Under the pieces are notes generated by a model that was not told the origin of the DNA, did no database searches, and worked only from the letters and a program-made list of their open reading frames with translations. The position numbers and the translations under genes were made by a program. A DNA stretch of 64,000 nucleotides, from NCBI GenBank assembly GCA_002633005.1, contig NMRA01000276.1, forward strand, positions 309,134 to 373,133, read 5' to 3'. This document shows positions 1 through 14,012 of the stretch, one piece after another (position 1 is the stretch's first letter; every line of letters starts with the position of its first letter). The DNA comes from Phoronis australis (Eukaryota > Animalia > Phoronida).

Positions 1-116
1 ATCTAAAAGTGCTGAAATGGTTGTTAAAATTTTGGGTTTATTTCTTAGCATTTTTTTACTGTGAATTACCATTTTGATGAAAAGCCCTTCAGGTGTCTCT
101 GATATTGAAGAAAAAA

Positions 117-224
117 TTGCTGCTGAGGTGGATGAACATTGCTGCTGAGGTGGATGAACATTGCTGCTGAGGTGGATGAACATTGCTGCTGAGGTGGATG
201 AACATTGCTGCTGAGGTGGATGAA
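117..224. repeat. 22-bp minisatellite (TTGCTGCTGAGGTGGATGAACA) x~5
   Basis: Perfect direct repeats with period 22. Confidence 0.95.
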
Positions 225-455
225 GTAGTTAATATAGTGTGTTCGTAGGCATCATATCCTTCAAATCTGGTTTGTGAAGCTTAAAGGAATATCGAAACCA
301 TGCAGCAAGCAATTGAAGCACTAACTGATTGCAGCAAGTCCACAACAAGCCAAATGAAATATGTTAAAGACACCGACCCAGTCCCGTTCAGTGACAGTGC
401 TGCAAGTAGCAGCTGATTCTTGCCAGAGTCAGACTGGGCTTGTTTACAACAGTTT

Positions 456-876
456 CAAGGTACGTAAACTACACGGTCAACGGACTCATAAACACGGGCA
501 CGAACGCATAAACACGACTCACGGACCAACAAACATCGTCCACTAACTCACAAACACGGGAACAGACTCACAAAACACGATCCATGAACCCTAACACACG
601 GGACACGAACTCATATTCACGAGGAAACATGGGTCACGGACTCATCGGCTTCCTGGGTCAGCTGACATCTTCATTTTGTCTGTAGACCGTGTTCGGTGGT
701 CCGTTAACCGTGTTTCCTCGTGAATATATCTCGTGTATTTGGGTGCGTGGATCGTGTTTTGCGAGTCCGTTCGCGTGTTCGCGAGTCAGTGGATGGTGTT
801 TGCAGGTCCGTGAGTCGTGTTCATGCGTCCGTGCCCGTGTTTATGAGGCCGTTGACCGTGTAGTTTAGGTACCTTG
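456..876. mobile_element. MITE with long (~170 bp) TIRs, CAAGG...CCTTG termini, 5-bp TSD AGTTT
   Basis: CAAGGTACGTAAACTACACGGTCAACGG pairs with CCGTTGACCGTGTAGTTTAGGTACCTTG. AGTTT at 451-455 and 877-881. A second copy lies at ~45795-46235. Confidence 0.9.
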
Positions 877-3800
877 AGTTTGTCCCCAAGAAATGACTGT
901 TTGATGAAATCAAGCTCAGCATGGAATCAGATGGAGGCCAAGTAAAAGTAATATATGTGCCCACCTTCAGCATCAGAAAGGCTCTAAACCCAAGGCAAGG
1001 CTAAGCTTGAGTTTGGAATGTAAGTGGAAATGCAGCCAACAAAGAATTTCTGGAAGAACAGAATGTATCGATTCCAGTTGGGTCAGTAAGGTAAGGTGTT
1101 ATGCAAGTGCAGGTCATCAATGCTCTATACCTGTTGATAATGAATTTATTATATTCTTTGCTTTTTCAAGATTCTGACTGATGCCAGGAAGCAATTCAAA
1201 TTTTAAAGAGCCACAAAGCCGGGCACAACCCTACATGAATAGCGACACTTGAGTACTAGAGTAATTTTAGTAACTACTTTCAGTACAGCCTTGTATTAGT
1301 AAAAATTCTCTTTTTCTCAACATTTAGGGTTTGTCGAAATACATGCCATTTTATGAATATGCATGTGTAACAAGTGGAAATTTGGTGTCCATTATCAAAA
1401 GATTTAATGGAGCCCTTGGCTCTTAGCTAGATCACGTCAATTTCCCTTCTAATTCACTTGTTGTCACTTCTGATCGGTCACATTGCTCTATCTGTATAAC
1501 CAGAGATATATGATTTTCATCATATGCAGTGGAACCCCATTACAGTGGAGCCTAATTTAACATGGTTAAAGTAATAACACTGTTAGGGTCCCTAATATCT
1601 GAAGCATTCAACTTCAAGAATAAGACTGGGGAAAAACATTTTGGGATTCAAAATACAGAATTCTATTGGGAGTTGTGTTATGCCTTCTTTCCATAATACT
1701 CTATTTCAGTTCTATACAGAAACTGTAAGCGTTTACCAAAGAAGTTAGACACTGTTGTTGAGTTTACTACAGAAAGAGTACTAGTGCATGTACTGTAAGT
1801 AGTTAGTTAATGAATTGGAGTGTTGTTACACAAAACCTTTTTCTGAGATTCTTGGTTCCAGGATTAAGTGCATCTTGTCAACATTTAATGATTGCAAAAC
1901 AGTAGTTGTAGTAGAGGATTTTTATTTCAATTGTATTGTGGTTTATTATAAACCTGGTAGACAAATAAATAAGCTGTGCATTCAGCAGATTTTGCTTCTC
2001 GAAGTTTTACTGCGCAAGTTATCCATAGTTACAGGAGTTGTTAACTACAAGGTTCGCACATTGCCTCAAATATAAACAGGGCTCGTGGACTTGTAAACTG
2101 CACATTGACTCAAAAACTGCAGACAAAACACTTTGTATGTATGCTGCATTTACTGTCTGTCAACCATGTCTCTCAGTCAAAGTGGCTTTGGCTCCATGAA
2201 CTGTGATTTTTGGGTGCATAAGTTATGTTTTGTGAGTTTGGGCCAGAGCTTGTGAGTCACTGGATAGCATTAACAGACCTTGAACTATGTTTATGGTGAG
2301 GAACTATGTTCATAAATGCACAGTCTGTTTAGTTCTATGCCAGTTGTTTCACCACACCAGTCAACATTTGAAAAAGTTCCTCTGAGAGGGAAGACTGCTT
2401 GTAATGAAAGCTTAGGTACTTCAAGTACGTCATAACAAGATTTTTATAGTACTTTCCAAAGTTACTCCAGGTTGAGTTAGTGTCCACTGAGGCAAAGTTT
2501 GAAAGGTGCATTTGGCTAAAAATATTGAAGATGTATTGTATTCCCTTTAGCCTGAAAATCCTGTAAAACATAAAATTTTCTCAATCAGCATCTTGGCATG
2601 AAGAGTGTTGGATCTTATCTTAGTTTTATGGCTTTTCGAAGACATTGCAATGCTATGTATTAAAACAGATGGTTTTCCAGGTCGATGAATCTGCCAAAAA
2701 CTCCAAGCGACATTACAAACAGAAAGCCAGTGAAGCATTATCTGTAATTCGTGAATTACTCCTGGTCAGAGTGATGTTCTGAAGAATGTCTCTCACCTTA
2801 GCAGATTAAATTTTTCCCATTTAGCAGCACTCAATCGTTCTGGGAAACTCGCACTGTTTGATGCCTTTGAAATGAAAGCATTGCTGAAGAAGATCGTTGA
2901 TTTTGACTGCGACAAAAGATTGTTAAGTCAATAGAATTGCCGCAGTAGCGCATTTCATGTATGTACGACTGAAACATTTGAAATACAGTATGTCAAAAGT
3001 AGTCGGACAAAATGCTATTTCCATTTCGTGACGTGTAATCTGTGCTGACTAAAGATGTCTTATTGTACACTTAATTTGCTGGCACTTTGTAAATGTGACC
3101 ACATTTATTCTATTTACTTGATTTATGGCGTGTAATTTGCCTGTGTCCTATATCAGCNTTCCTGGGTCAGCTGACATCTACATTTTGTCTGTAAACCGTG
3201 TTCGGCGGTCCGTTAACCGTGTTTCCTCGTGAATATATCCCGTGTATTTGGGTGCGTGGATCGTGTTTTGCGAGTCCGTTCCCATGTTCGCGAGTCAGTG
3301 GATGGTGTTTGCAGGTCTGTGAGTCGTGTTCATGCGTCCGTGCCCGTGTTTATGAGGCCGTTGACCGTGTAGTTTAGGTACCTTGAGTTTGTCCCCAAGA
3401 AATGACTGTTTGATGAAATCAACCTCAGCATGGAATCAGATGGAGGCCAAGTAAAAGTAAGATATGTGCCCACTTTCAGCATCAGAAAGGCTCTAAACCC
3501 AAGGCAAGGCTAAGCTTGAGTTTGGAATGTAAGTGGAAATGCAGCCAACAAAGAATTTCTGGAAGAACAGAATGTATCGATTCCAGTTGGGTCAGTAAGG
3601 TAAGTTGTTATGCAAGTGCAGGTCATCAATGCTCTATACCTGTTGATAATGAATTTATTATATTCTTTGCTTTTTCAAGATTCTGACTGATGCCAAGAAG
3701 TAAATTTTAAAGAGCCACAAAGCCGGGCACAACCCTACATGAATAGTGACACTTGAGTACTAGAGTAATTTTAGTAACTACTTCCAGTACAGCCTTGTAT

Positions 3801-5167
3801 TAGTAAAACATTCTCTTTTTCTCAACATTTAGGGTTTGTCGAAATACATGCCATTTTATGAATATGCATGTGTAAGAAGTGGAAATTTGGTGTCCATTAT
3901 CAAAAGATTTAATGGAGCCCTTGGCTCTTAGCTAGATCACGTCAATTTCCCTTCTAATTCACTTGTTGTCACTTCTGATCGGTCACATTGTTCTATCTGT
4001 ATAACCAGAGATATATGATTTTCCTCATATGCAGTGGAACCCCATTACAGTGGAGCCTAATTTAACATGGTTAAAGTAATAATAGGGTCCCTAATATCTG
4101 AAGCATTCAACTTCAAGAATAAGACTGGGGAAAAAACATTTTGGGATTCAAAATACAGAATTCTATTGGGAGTTGTGTTATGCCTTCTTACCATAATACT
4201 CTATTTCAGTTCTATACAGTTCTATGTATAAGTTATGTTTTGTGAGTTTGGGCCAGAGCTTGTGAGTCACTGGATAGAGTTAACAGACCTTGAACTATGT
4301 TTATGGTGAGGAACTATGTTCATAAATGCACAGTCTGTTTAGTTCTATGCCAGTTGTTTCACCACACCTGTCAACATTTGAAAAAGTTCCTCTGAGAGGG
4401 AAGACTGCTTGTAATGAAAGCTTAGGTGCTCCAAGTAGGTCATAACAAGATTTTTATAGTACTTTCCAAAGTTACTCCAGGTTGAGTTAGTGTCCACTGA
4501 GGCAAAGTTTGAAAGGTTCATTTGGCTAAAAATATTGAAGATGCATTGTATTCCCTTTAGCCTGAAAATCATGTAAAACATAAAATTTTCTCAATCAGCA
4601 TCTTGGCATGAAGTGTGTTGGATCTTATCTTAGTTTTATGGCTTTTCAAAGACATTGTAATGCTATGTATCAAAACAGATAGTTTTCCACGTCGATGAAT
4701 CTGCCAAAAACTCCAAGTGACATTACAAACAGAAAGCCAGTGAAGCATTATCTGTAACCCGTGAATTACTCCTGGTCAGAGTGATGTTCTGAAGAATGTC
4801 TCTCACCTCAGCAGATTAAATTTTTCCCATTTAGCAGCACTCAATCGTTCTGGGAAACTCGCACTGTTTGATGCCTTTGAAATGAAAGTATTGCTGAAGA
4901 AGATCGTCGATTTTAACTGCGACAAAAGATTGTTAAGTCAATAGAATTGCCGCAGTAGTGCATTTCATGTATGTACGACTCAAACATTTGAAATACAGTA
5001 TGTCAAAAGTAGTCGGACAAAATGCTATTTCCATTTCGTGACGTGTAATCTGTGCTGACTAAAGATGTCTCATTGTACACCTAATTTGCTCGCACTTTGT
5101 AAATGTGACCACATTTATTCTATTTACTTGATTTATGGCGTGTAATTTGCCTGTGTCCTATATCAGC
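650..5167. repeat. Near-identical tandem duplication (650-3157 / 3159-5167) joined at a single N; probable uncollapsed haplotypes
   Basis: The copies differ only by scattered SNPs and a ~0.5-kb indel, and the junction is the N at 3158. Confidence 0.85.
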
Positions 5168-5520
5168 CTCAATATAGTATTACTATTTTCTAAACTACTT
5201 TGGTGCTTGTTTAATGTTTGGCTATCTTATTATCGTTTTGCTACATAAGTACAGTATAACCTGCTCTGCTGGGTTTCTATGTCTAACATAATAAACAATA
5301 ATTTAAATCAGGAGAGTTTTTAAATATTGCCCAACTTTGTTCCAAAATCTTTTTGCAGAATTACCCAAGTTTACTTGCGTAAAGTCTGAACGTCTGTGTA
5401 TTTTATTTTCATTTTGCTGCACATGCATGGTCTTAAAATTTTTTGATGAAGTAGCTGACACCACATGTATTAGTCTCGAGACTGCTGAATTTTTGTATTC
5501 TGACTGATGGTAAGCACCAA

Positions 5521-5724
5521 GGGCTGTTCCAGTAAAATCCGTGTGGGGGGGGGGACGGCAGTAGAAATAAAATTCATGGGTGGTGGTCTTCAGAAAAAAA
5601 CTCAAATTATGGGTGGTCGTTCCTGTAAGAAGTGATGCATTAAAAATGGATGGTATTTTTTGATCTGCTAACGTTGACAGGTTGGTTAATTCAGCCAACA
5701 CATCTCCAAAGAAATCAAAACTCA
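5521..5724. mobile_element. Left end of a Harbinger-like MITE (same family as 23957-25314), cut by the N at 5725
   Basis: GGGCTGTTCCAGTAAAATCCGT terminus and the following sequence match the element starting at 23957. Confidence 0.7.
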
Positions 5725-7364
5725 NGGGGACAGGGCATAGGAATAACCAGAATTTCGCCACATTGGTGCACCCAGCCTAAAATGAAGGGATGCAGGGGTC
5801 TCGAATTTTTGGGTTTGTGGACCTTATTACTAAAAAAAGGTAAATGGGGTTTTTTCAAAGCCTATGCATTGTGCATTCGCCTCCTGAGCCCCCCTGGGTG
5901 CGTGCATATGCTAGTCAGCAATTCGCACCTCAAACTGTCAAATGGTACCTGGGAGAATTTTAGGTGGGGGCCCGTGGCCCCCTCCCTAAATCCGCCACTG
6001 AAACTGTGGTAGGTGCAAAAAACGTCTGAACTGATTTTTCTGCTATTTTGCGTGTGCAATACTCGGTTTCCAGTGTTTTTTGATGAAAATGTCTACAAAA
6101 CTTTCGCAAATACATCTATGTGTTGTGGGTAAAAACAAAAAAAATATTGGTATCCATAAGGCGAGAATATTTAGACATCCATATGAATATCTGGGCGTGG
6201 CTGTTCGGGGACTTTCCCAAATTACAAGCGTAAGAAAAGTTAATTTTAAAACAACCGATGAATGCCAATTTCACCGGCAGTCGATTGTCCTCATAACACC
6301 AGTTTTTCTAACCTCATTTCACAGCATCTATCCCATACAGTTTCAATACATCTCTTTTTATGAATGACTACTCTCACGTTTGCTGATATACACTATATAG
6401 AGATGCAGTTGTCTCCTTCCCGCCCAATACGCACATTATTGTTTTTATTCTACAATAAAATTTGTTGAATCGAGACTTCGAGAAAATCAGACCCACACAT
6501 TAAAATTTCAGAATTCGAGTTCGCAGTTATGTATAACTGAAGACTTACTTTATAGATTTTTTACTCAAATATAATGCATTTTGAAAAAGTGAGTTCATTC
6601 ACATATTGGCAGTGTTATCATGTGGGTCAAAGGAAACCAAAGTGCTTTGTTGTGGTTCTCATTCTTTTCTGTCAAGTAACCAAATTAAAGCTTTACGGTT
6701 TCCTTACCAAATAAGCATTTGATATGTTCGAGTGCCTATATTAAGATTTCAAAACTGTATTTTGAATCCTCGCATACATTTGTTACTATGCAGACATTGG
6801 CCAGTTGTACAATTTTGGTGAGGTACCCTACTTCTAGAGCCCGATGCGGTATGAAGAAGGGTGATTGCCTAGACTTTTTATGGTTTTATTTTATAGAGCT
6901 AAGATCAATCTAAACACTGGTTGTAGTTTTGTTGTTTTAAATTTCGCTTCAGCCGAGATAATGAGGCAGGAAGTAGGGCAATTTTCAACATTTCGAAATC
7001 ACCACAAACTAGCTAAACTTGTAGCCTTCAAAAACAGCTAAGATGAAACTGACTCTGTGATATTTTCTATGGCTGGCAAGGTAAAAGACACCTTAATTCA
7101 ATAATAAAATTATAGTGTTTCATTTCCCACTCTTATTCTCAAGGTAAGTTCGTAAAAAGTGCCAAAATGTAGCTGTAACAAGACTTGGAATTGGCAGAAA
7201 AAGCAACACGTTCCCATAGCAACAACAAGGTGGCGCAGGAAAAAAACTTAATGTGGGTATGAAGGTTGGGGCATCAACCCCTATCATCATGCAAAACAAT
7301 CGAGGAAATCAGTGACAAAGCCTTTATCACTTTTTGCCTGGTCCATTTGTGGACATGCTCTTAA

Positions 7365-7556
7365 GGTTAATTCAACAGGTCACAAATGTCTACCACAAAA
7401 GTATTGTCACTCACCCCCAATTCATTTCATGTTCATTCAACTGATGATAACAGTCTACCATTGAAGTATTCTCCCTCACCCCCTATTCATTTCAATCATG
7501 TTATTTCAACAGATGATAACAGTCTATCATGAAAGCATTCTCACTCACCCCTCTAT
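7365..7556. repeat. Degenerate ~65-69-bp tandem repeat x3 that includes the CNOT2 splice donor
   Basis: On the minus strand, GGGGTGAG(T/G)GA-AAT(A/G)CTT...TAGAC...GTTGAA recurs three times starting from the donor. Confidence 0.75.
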
Positions 7557-7586
7557 TTACTTCTGGGGCACTTGTGTTGGGAGGGT
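7549..7586 (-). CDS. CNOT2: CNOT2 internal exon (N-PPNTSAPEVNRG), phase 1 to 0
   Basis: tactttcAG acceptor and GTGAGT donor; 38 nt; continues the frame of exon 8120-8206 at the expected position after the EDFPALPG motif. Confidence 0.65.
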
Positions 7587-8119
7587 CTGAAAGTATTGAA
7601 CCATTTCACAATATCTATATGAAGCCGTAGACAGTCATACTATCAAAAATAACATGTCTACAGTCCGTTACAAACGACCAATAGTATGAAATTTTGAAAG
7701 CATTTAACAACATTTAATAAAGTATTGACAGTATTCAATATGTACATAAACCAGAGATAGTAACATTACCATGAATAACATGTCTACAGTACACAACATA
7801 TGATCAATGTAGAATGAAGCATTGAAAAGTACTTCACATCTACAAACATCCAGAGATAGTCACACTGCCACAAGTAAGTTGTAACGTTAAAGTATTTCTA
7901 AAATTTCTTTGACGAACACATTCGCTCAATGTCTGCCATAAATTTCAAACCATGCTCAATTGAATGTCGGTCAAACTTTACATTGCGCCACCCTAACATA
8001 CAACAAGATGTACAGATCCTGAAATTTAACACAGCTGAAATATTGTCCTACCTACGTATTGCTACTTCATAAACATTTCAAGGATAAAAACAAGTTGGCT
8101 AAGAAATATGTGCACTTAC

Positions 8120-8206
8120 TAACTGCTCCTGGTAGAGCCGGGAAATCTTCCTGCTGTATAGTGAACTCAGGTGTCTGCTCTGTAGCTGGTTTACTAACCA
8201 TGCCAA
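8120..8206 (-). CDS. CNOT2: CNOT2 exon VGMVSKPATEQTPEFTIQQEDFPALPGAV
   Basis: Strong similarity to recalled vertebrate CNOT2 VGMVTKPANEQSQDFSIHNEDFPALPG; tctcttgcAG acceptor, GTAAGT donor; 87 nt, phase 1-1. Confidence 0.93.
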
Positions 8207-8436
8207 CTGCAAGAGATGGGTTTAATAGCTATTACAAATGGTAACTTTCACTTCATTATCAATAGAATAATCAGAAATACTGGCAGTAACTAAATGAAAA
8301 CATTAGAACGCCACAGGTGTCTCACTTTAAATTGATACCATACAATAAATAGTCACCTTAATAAGACATTCTCTTTTAAATTGATTCTCATCCACAGAAA
8401 GCATAATACACAATCTGTCATTTTTGAGATCAAGTT

Positions 8437-8584
8437 TGACACTAGTAACATGTAAGTACATGAACACATTGTGACACTAGTAACATGTAAGTACATGAAC
8501 ACATTCTGACACTAGTAACATGTAAGTACATGAACACATTCTGACACTAGTAACATGTAAGTACATGAACACATTCTGACACTA
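8437..8584. repeat. 35-bp minisatellite x~4
   Basis: TGACACTAGTAACATGTAAGTACATGAACACATTC repeated. Confidence 0.95.
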
Positions 8585-9199
8585 TTTACCTGTACATACA
8601 TATATTTCACCTTCACCAAAGTCTAATTTTTACATCATGATTATTTGTTCTTCAACATATTTTGGTCAACACAAGCCAAGACTCAATTCTGACACATGAC
8701 GAAAGTAAACAAAAAGTTGTAGTAGGTCATTTTTTCAGTTAAAGAAGTTTCAAGTTTTTTGACGACTTGTCAAGAGAGAACTGGTCAGACAACTCTAATA
8801 CGTTATCCAATAACCAGTTGCCACTCATGTTTAAATGGTGATTAACTCGAACTGTTGTCTAATATTGGAACTTGCAAGTTCTCAAAGGGATCCATGAATC
8901 CATGTACCTGCCATTTCATGCAACTTGACTTTTCTAATCTTATATCCAGTCACTTACAGCACTCAGGGGCTTTTTTGGCCCAAATTCACTTCGGGAAAGT
9001 GGATGTTTCCGAAAGAGGCACTTGGGGACTCTTCCATAACTCCTTGATAATCTATTTTATCGCACTTCAGAACACACACTCACGATAGTATTTGTAAACT
9101 TGAGTTTCAATTGTTTGCCTTCAGACCAGCTTCACTTCAGTTGATGAGAAACCTCAAATGTACCATACAACTTAGAGGACAGATTCTTAAGAAGCTCAA

Positions 9200-9460
9200 C
9201 CATCAAGTGACCGTTGTAAATCAGATGGTTTACCAGTCAGTGATGGCCGTGAATCAAATGACCACTCGGAGTGACAGCCATGAACCAGATGACCACTCAC
9301 AGAGTCAGCCGTGAATCAGACGACCGCTCACAATGATGGCACTGAATCATATAACCACTCACAGAGACGGCCCTTAGTCAGATGACCACTCGCAGTGACT
9401 GCCATGAATCAGATGACCACTCACAGTGACGGCCCTGAGTCAGATGACCACTCGCAGTGA
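9200..9460. repeat. Degenerate 31-bp minisatellite (GAATCAGATGACCACTCACAGTGACAGCCGT), resuming at 10630-10755 and 13831-14012
   Basis: Repeated units are visible. The array is split by a TIR element and runs up to the exon donor. Confidence 0.85.
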
Positions 9461-9461
9461 N

Positions 9462-10629
9462 CTCCACAATAACAATTCCAAACTCGACGCAAATTTCTAG
9501 AGTTGAGTATCAGTAGGCAACACTACAGTGTTGACTAGCGGAGATGGTAAAACATCTTCGCTGGAGGTATTTATGTAGGACCTATGTTTCAAAAATTTAC
9601 ATTGAACTCGTCAGGTGTGACCTACTTTTTAACACTTTGTAGGGCCTACACGTGAAAACCACTTATGACCGTCTCACGAATAAAAAAATTGTTGCTAAAA
9701 GCACGTGGCCAGGAAGCGCGCCCTACATACTTGTCACTTGACATCACAGACATTAGTCTCCAGGAACTATCGATGTGATCAGCAATTGCTAAACAAAACG
9801 CGTTCTCGCGATATTGCTTGTGTTATTTCTTTAGTTACAATGCACACCTCTGGCAAATGAACGCTGATGACACGCACGTGCTCACTCACTCACACACGCA
9901 GACGATCTTTAAAACAAAGGTCACGTGACTACAACATGTGCGTTCGTCCAGATTTTTGCTGGATACAATCTTGCGCAGATTTAAACCTATCTTGTTCATA
10001 ATACCGAATCCACAGGAACTTAAAATCTTAGGGACGCTATTTGGAAAACTTCAATGATGTTTTCAGGTAATTTGTTGAGTCGAAACTATATTTTTATTCA
10101 AGCTGCCCAGTCGACAATCGCTAGGCAGCGGCGCAAAAAGTCGGCGTGCTTTCGCACTGGGATTTCAGCACAATTTTCGGTAGAATGATCGTAATTTAAC
10201 AATGACGAGGTTTGATAGCAACGCATCACAGTTTTGTTGTTTTATTGAAAGCCTGTCACAAGCTACAGATACATCACATAGCGTAAATTTGATGAATCCT
10301 AGTTTCCGATTTCACCCCTTTCTGAGACCGGGTATCAACCGCTTTGGGTTACAATAAGTGCCCCCGCCCCGAGCGCCTTAATACGGCGATTACGGTGCTG
10401 TTTAACTGTCTCTTACTAAAGTAAACTATATGTTAATTGTTGGTAAAATCAGGCTCTCTGATTAGATGCTGAGGGCTGCAGTATCAAGTCAGTCAAGGTT
10501 TTAAACCTGGCGCGGCAATTTTTAAACTTGACACGCTTTCCCCGAAGTCGACGCGCTTTCCCCAGACTCGACACAGCAAAATCCAAACTCGTTACCGCGT
10601 CGAGTCAAAACAGGTCGTGGAGAACACTG
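9462..10629. mobile_element. Non-autonomous TIR element (CAGTGTTCTCCAC family) carrying a nested Tc1/mariner-like MITE fragment that ends at ~10395
   Basis: Right TIR GTGGAGAACACTG at 10617-10629; left TIR remnant CTCCAC directly after the N at 9461; same termini as 47038-49779. The inner part matches 54263-55518 and ends ATACGGCGATTACGG. Confidence 0.7.
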
Positions 10630-10755
10630 CACTCACAGTAATGACCGTGAATCAGATGATCAATCATAGTGATGACCCTAAATCACCTGACCTACCAGTT
10701 AGCAATAGATGTGAATCACCTGACCCACCGTACAATGACAGCCATGATGACTTAC

Positions 10756-10842
10756 CGTAGTTTCGTTGCGGAATAGGCGGGGCTATTGTCCTGTTACCAA
10801 GAGAAGGAAATTCTGATGGATCAAAGTTTGGCTGCTGTATGT
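10756..10842 (-). CDS. CNOT2: CNOT2 exon DIQQPNFDPSEFPSLGNRTIAPPIPQRNY (copy 1)
   Basis: Resembles the CNOT2 LDLSDFPALADR...RAPY segment; atttcAG acceptor, GTAAGT donor; 87 nt, phase 1-1; joins in frame to VGMVSKP. Confidence 0.88.
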
Positions 10843-12062
10843 CTGAAATATTAAAAGGTAGCACACACCATCAGTAAACCATGTTGTGCTGTGCTTTGTA
10901 AAGTTATCACTAACTAGGTCATTGGTTGGAAATGTAGCTTTCGTGAATCAGCTCGATATGAAATGTACCCCTTGTCACAAGTAAACAAGAGAACTGAGTT
11001 TAATATACAATTATTTACATTCACCGAGGGTCATATGCTATTTTTAAGACCAAAAATGTGATTATCACATGTTAGGGGACTCAGAACCAACATACAGTAG
11101 TCACCAAGAGGCGAACAATAGTTTTGTATATGACATCCACAAAGTAATCCATGGAAGAAAGTCATGTTCCATCGAATGTCACTTGGTTGGGCAGTGAGTG
11201 AGCTCACAAACCGTTGTGACTAACTCTAATAAAACTTCCAGAAGAGGCTCAAAAGGAACAGTCGAATATAATTTGTGGAAGATTCCGTGTTTTACAGCCA
11301 TACAATGGGAGCTTAAATGCAAAAGAATCTGTAAATGTCATTTGGTAACAATGAATAATATTCGTGACCTTCGTGTCAGCAGGCCAATATATACGTAAAC
11401 ACAGTCTGTACAGATGATGTGTATTGAAGCTTGTCAGCAGGCCAATATATACGGAAACACAGTCTGGAGAGTTAAAAAATTACAATGTGTCCAAATCTGC
11501 AAATGTCATTTGGTAACAATGGATAATATTCGTGACCTTCGTGTCAGCAGGCCAATATATACAGAAACACAGTCTGTACAGATGATGTGTATTGAAGCTT
11601 GTCAGCAGGACAATATATACCAAACACAGTCTGTACAGAGGATGTGTATTGAAATTCAGTGAACATTTTAGCCTTTGAATACACATCTTTTGAATACACA
11701 TCTCTTTGTGCAATACCATGATGGAGGAAGCTGTGATGCCTTGATGAAGATTTGCATTCACCAAGTGTTTTATACTTCAAAGTTATTTCAAAAATACACA
11801 ACATCGGAAACTGGAGTTTCAATTTTGCTGACCTTGTCGCAGCAGCGTTTAAGTTGTGGCTTGTGAACCACAATGGAATCTCCAATATTTCACTAAAAAT
11901 AACTTTTTAAGAAGAATTATTTATTGCCGCAACAGAGAGACTACAACAATTGCATTAGAAATATTGTTGTCTGGAGAGTTAAAAAATTACAATGTGTCCA
12001 AATCATACAAGAATGAGTTATTCTAATCTGAGTAGCGCAACCACTAATAGTAAAATGTATAC

Positions 12063-12127
12063 CTTGAGACCTCTGTGGAAAACCAGTGAAGCCTGACACA
12101 CTAGTCATTGCATTGCTGGGTGTAGAG
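12063..12127 (-). CDS. CNOT2: CNOT2 exon STPSNAMTSVSGFTGFPQRSQ (copy 1)
   Basis: tattacAG acceptor, AAG|GTATAC donor; 65 nt, phase 2 to 1, which exactly bridges the flanking exons. Confidence 0.8.
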
Positions 12128-14012
12128 CTGTAATACACAAGTGAACAAACAAAGGTGTACCATATGATCAACCAGCTGATATCTGTTTGAAACACTGCAT
12201 ACTCAGACATCAATATTGTACTCAAATGTAATATATTGCTAAAACGCAATTGGTATGCGCAATTTAAATGTTCAAATATCAGTAAAAAGGACCACCATAC
12301 ATAATTGCATTCAATGGATCTTTTGCTAATAGACCTTGTTACGCACACAATAATACAGGCACATATCTGCTGTGGAGTACAGAGGCACATTGTCACTTTG
12401 TCAGTTAGAAGGCACTGCAAGTCATCATGCACCANCACTACAGTGTTGACTAGCGGAGATGGTAAAACATCTTCGCTGGAGGTATTTATGTAGGACCTAT
12501 GTTTCAAAAATGTACATTGAACTGGTCAGGTGTGACCTACTTTTTAACACTTTGTAGGGCCTACACGAGAAAACCACTTATGACTGTCTCACGAATAAAA
12601 AAATTGTTGCTAAAAGCACGTGGCCAGGAAGCGCGCCCTACATACCTGTCACTTGACATCGCAGACATTAGTCTCCAGGAACTATCGATGAAGCTACGCC
12701 GGGTAGCTATATCGGCAAGAAATAAATATCGGGCACTAATTTCAGAAAGTTTCTAATGCCGTAAAAACTGTTGCACTGTTTTTAAGAGAGAATGCCTTAT
12801 TAATCACTTTTTCAAAGTATTCATAATTGGTGTTTTTAAAGTAAACTACCTGATAAAATGCCCCACTAATAGTGGACACCTCCGCCACCTAATCTCCCAG
12901 AAAATAACTCAGACTCACACATCCAGTCACCCGGCGACTCAACGACATTCGGCCTTAGGCCCTACCGAGACAAATCTCGCAAGTTTTAATAGTAGATGTG
13001 ATCAGCAATTGCTAAACAAAACGCGTTCTCGCGATACTGCTTGTGTTATTTCTTTAGTTACAATGCACACCTCCGGCAAATGAACGCTGATGACACGCAC
13101 GTGCTCACTCACTCACACACGCAGACGATCTTTAAAACAAAGGTCACGTGACCACGACATGTGCGTTCGTCCAGATTTTTGCTGGATACAACCTTGCGCA
13201 GATTTAAACCTATCTTGTTCATAATACCGAATCCACAGGAACTTAAAATCTTAGGGACGCTATTTGGAAAACTTAAGTGATGTTTTCAGGTAATTTGTTG
13301 AGTCAACTATATTTTTATTCAAGCTGCCCAGTCGACGATTGCTAGGCAGCGGCGCAAAAAGTCGGCGTGCTTTCGCTCTGGGATTTCAGCACAAATTTCT
13401 GTAGAATGATCGTAATTTAACAATGACGAAGTTTGATAGCAACGCATCACAGTTTTGTTGTTTTATTGAAAGCCTGTCACAAGCTACAGATACATCACAT
13501 GGCGTAAATTTGATGAATCCTAGCTTCCAATTTCACCCCTTTTTGAGACCGGGTATCAACCGCCTTGGGTTACAATAAGCGCCCCCGCCCCGAGCGCCTT
13601 AATACGGCGATTACGGTGCTGTTTAACTGTCTCTTACTAAAGTGAACTATATGTTAATTGTTGGTAACATCAGGCTCTCTGATTAGATGGTGAGGGCTGC
13701 AGTACCAAGTCAGTCAAGGTTTTAAACCTCGCGCGGCAATTTTTAAACTTGACGCGCTTTCCCCAGACTCGACGCGGCAAAATCCAAACTCGTTACCACG
13801 TCGAGTCAAAACAGGTAGTGGAGAACACTGCACTCACAGTGACAGCCGTGAATCAGATGACCACTCACAGTGATAGTTGTGAATCAGACACACAGTAATG
13901 ACCGTGAATCAGATGATCAATCATAGTGATGACCCTAAATCACCTGACCTACCAGTTAGCAATAGATGTGAATCACCTGACCCACCGTACAATGACAGCC
14001 ATGATGACCTAC

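Noticed and set aside
2520-2560. KGIQ peptide resembling CNOT2 KKGIQVLPDG
   Set aside because: The surrounding residues do not match and there are no suitable splice sites.
6010-7364. Possible TTAA-flanked DNA transposon ending GGACATGCTCT-TAA
   Set aside because: No matching left TIR could be found, so the boundaries are unsupported.
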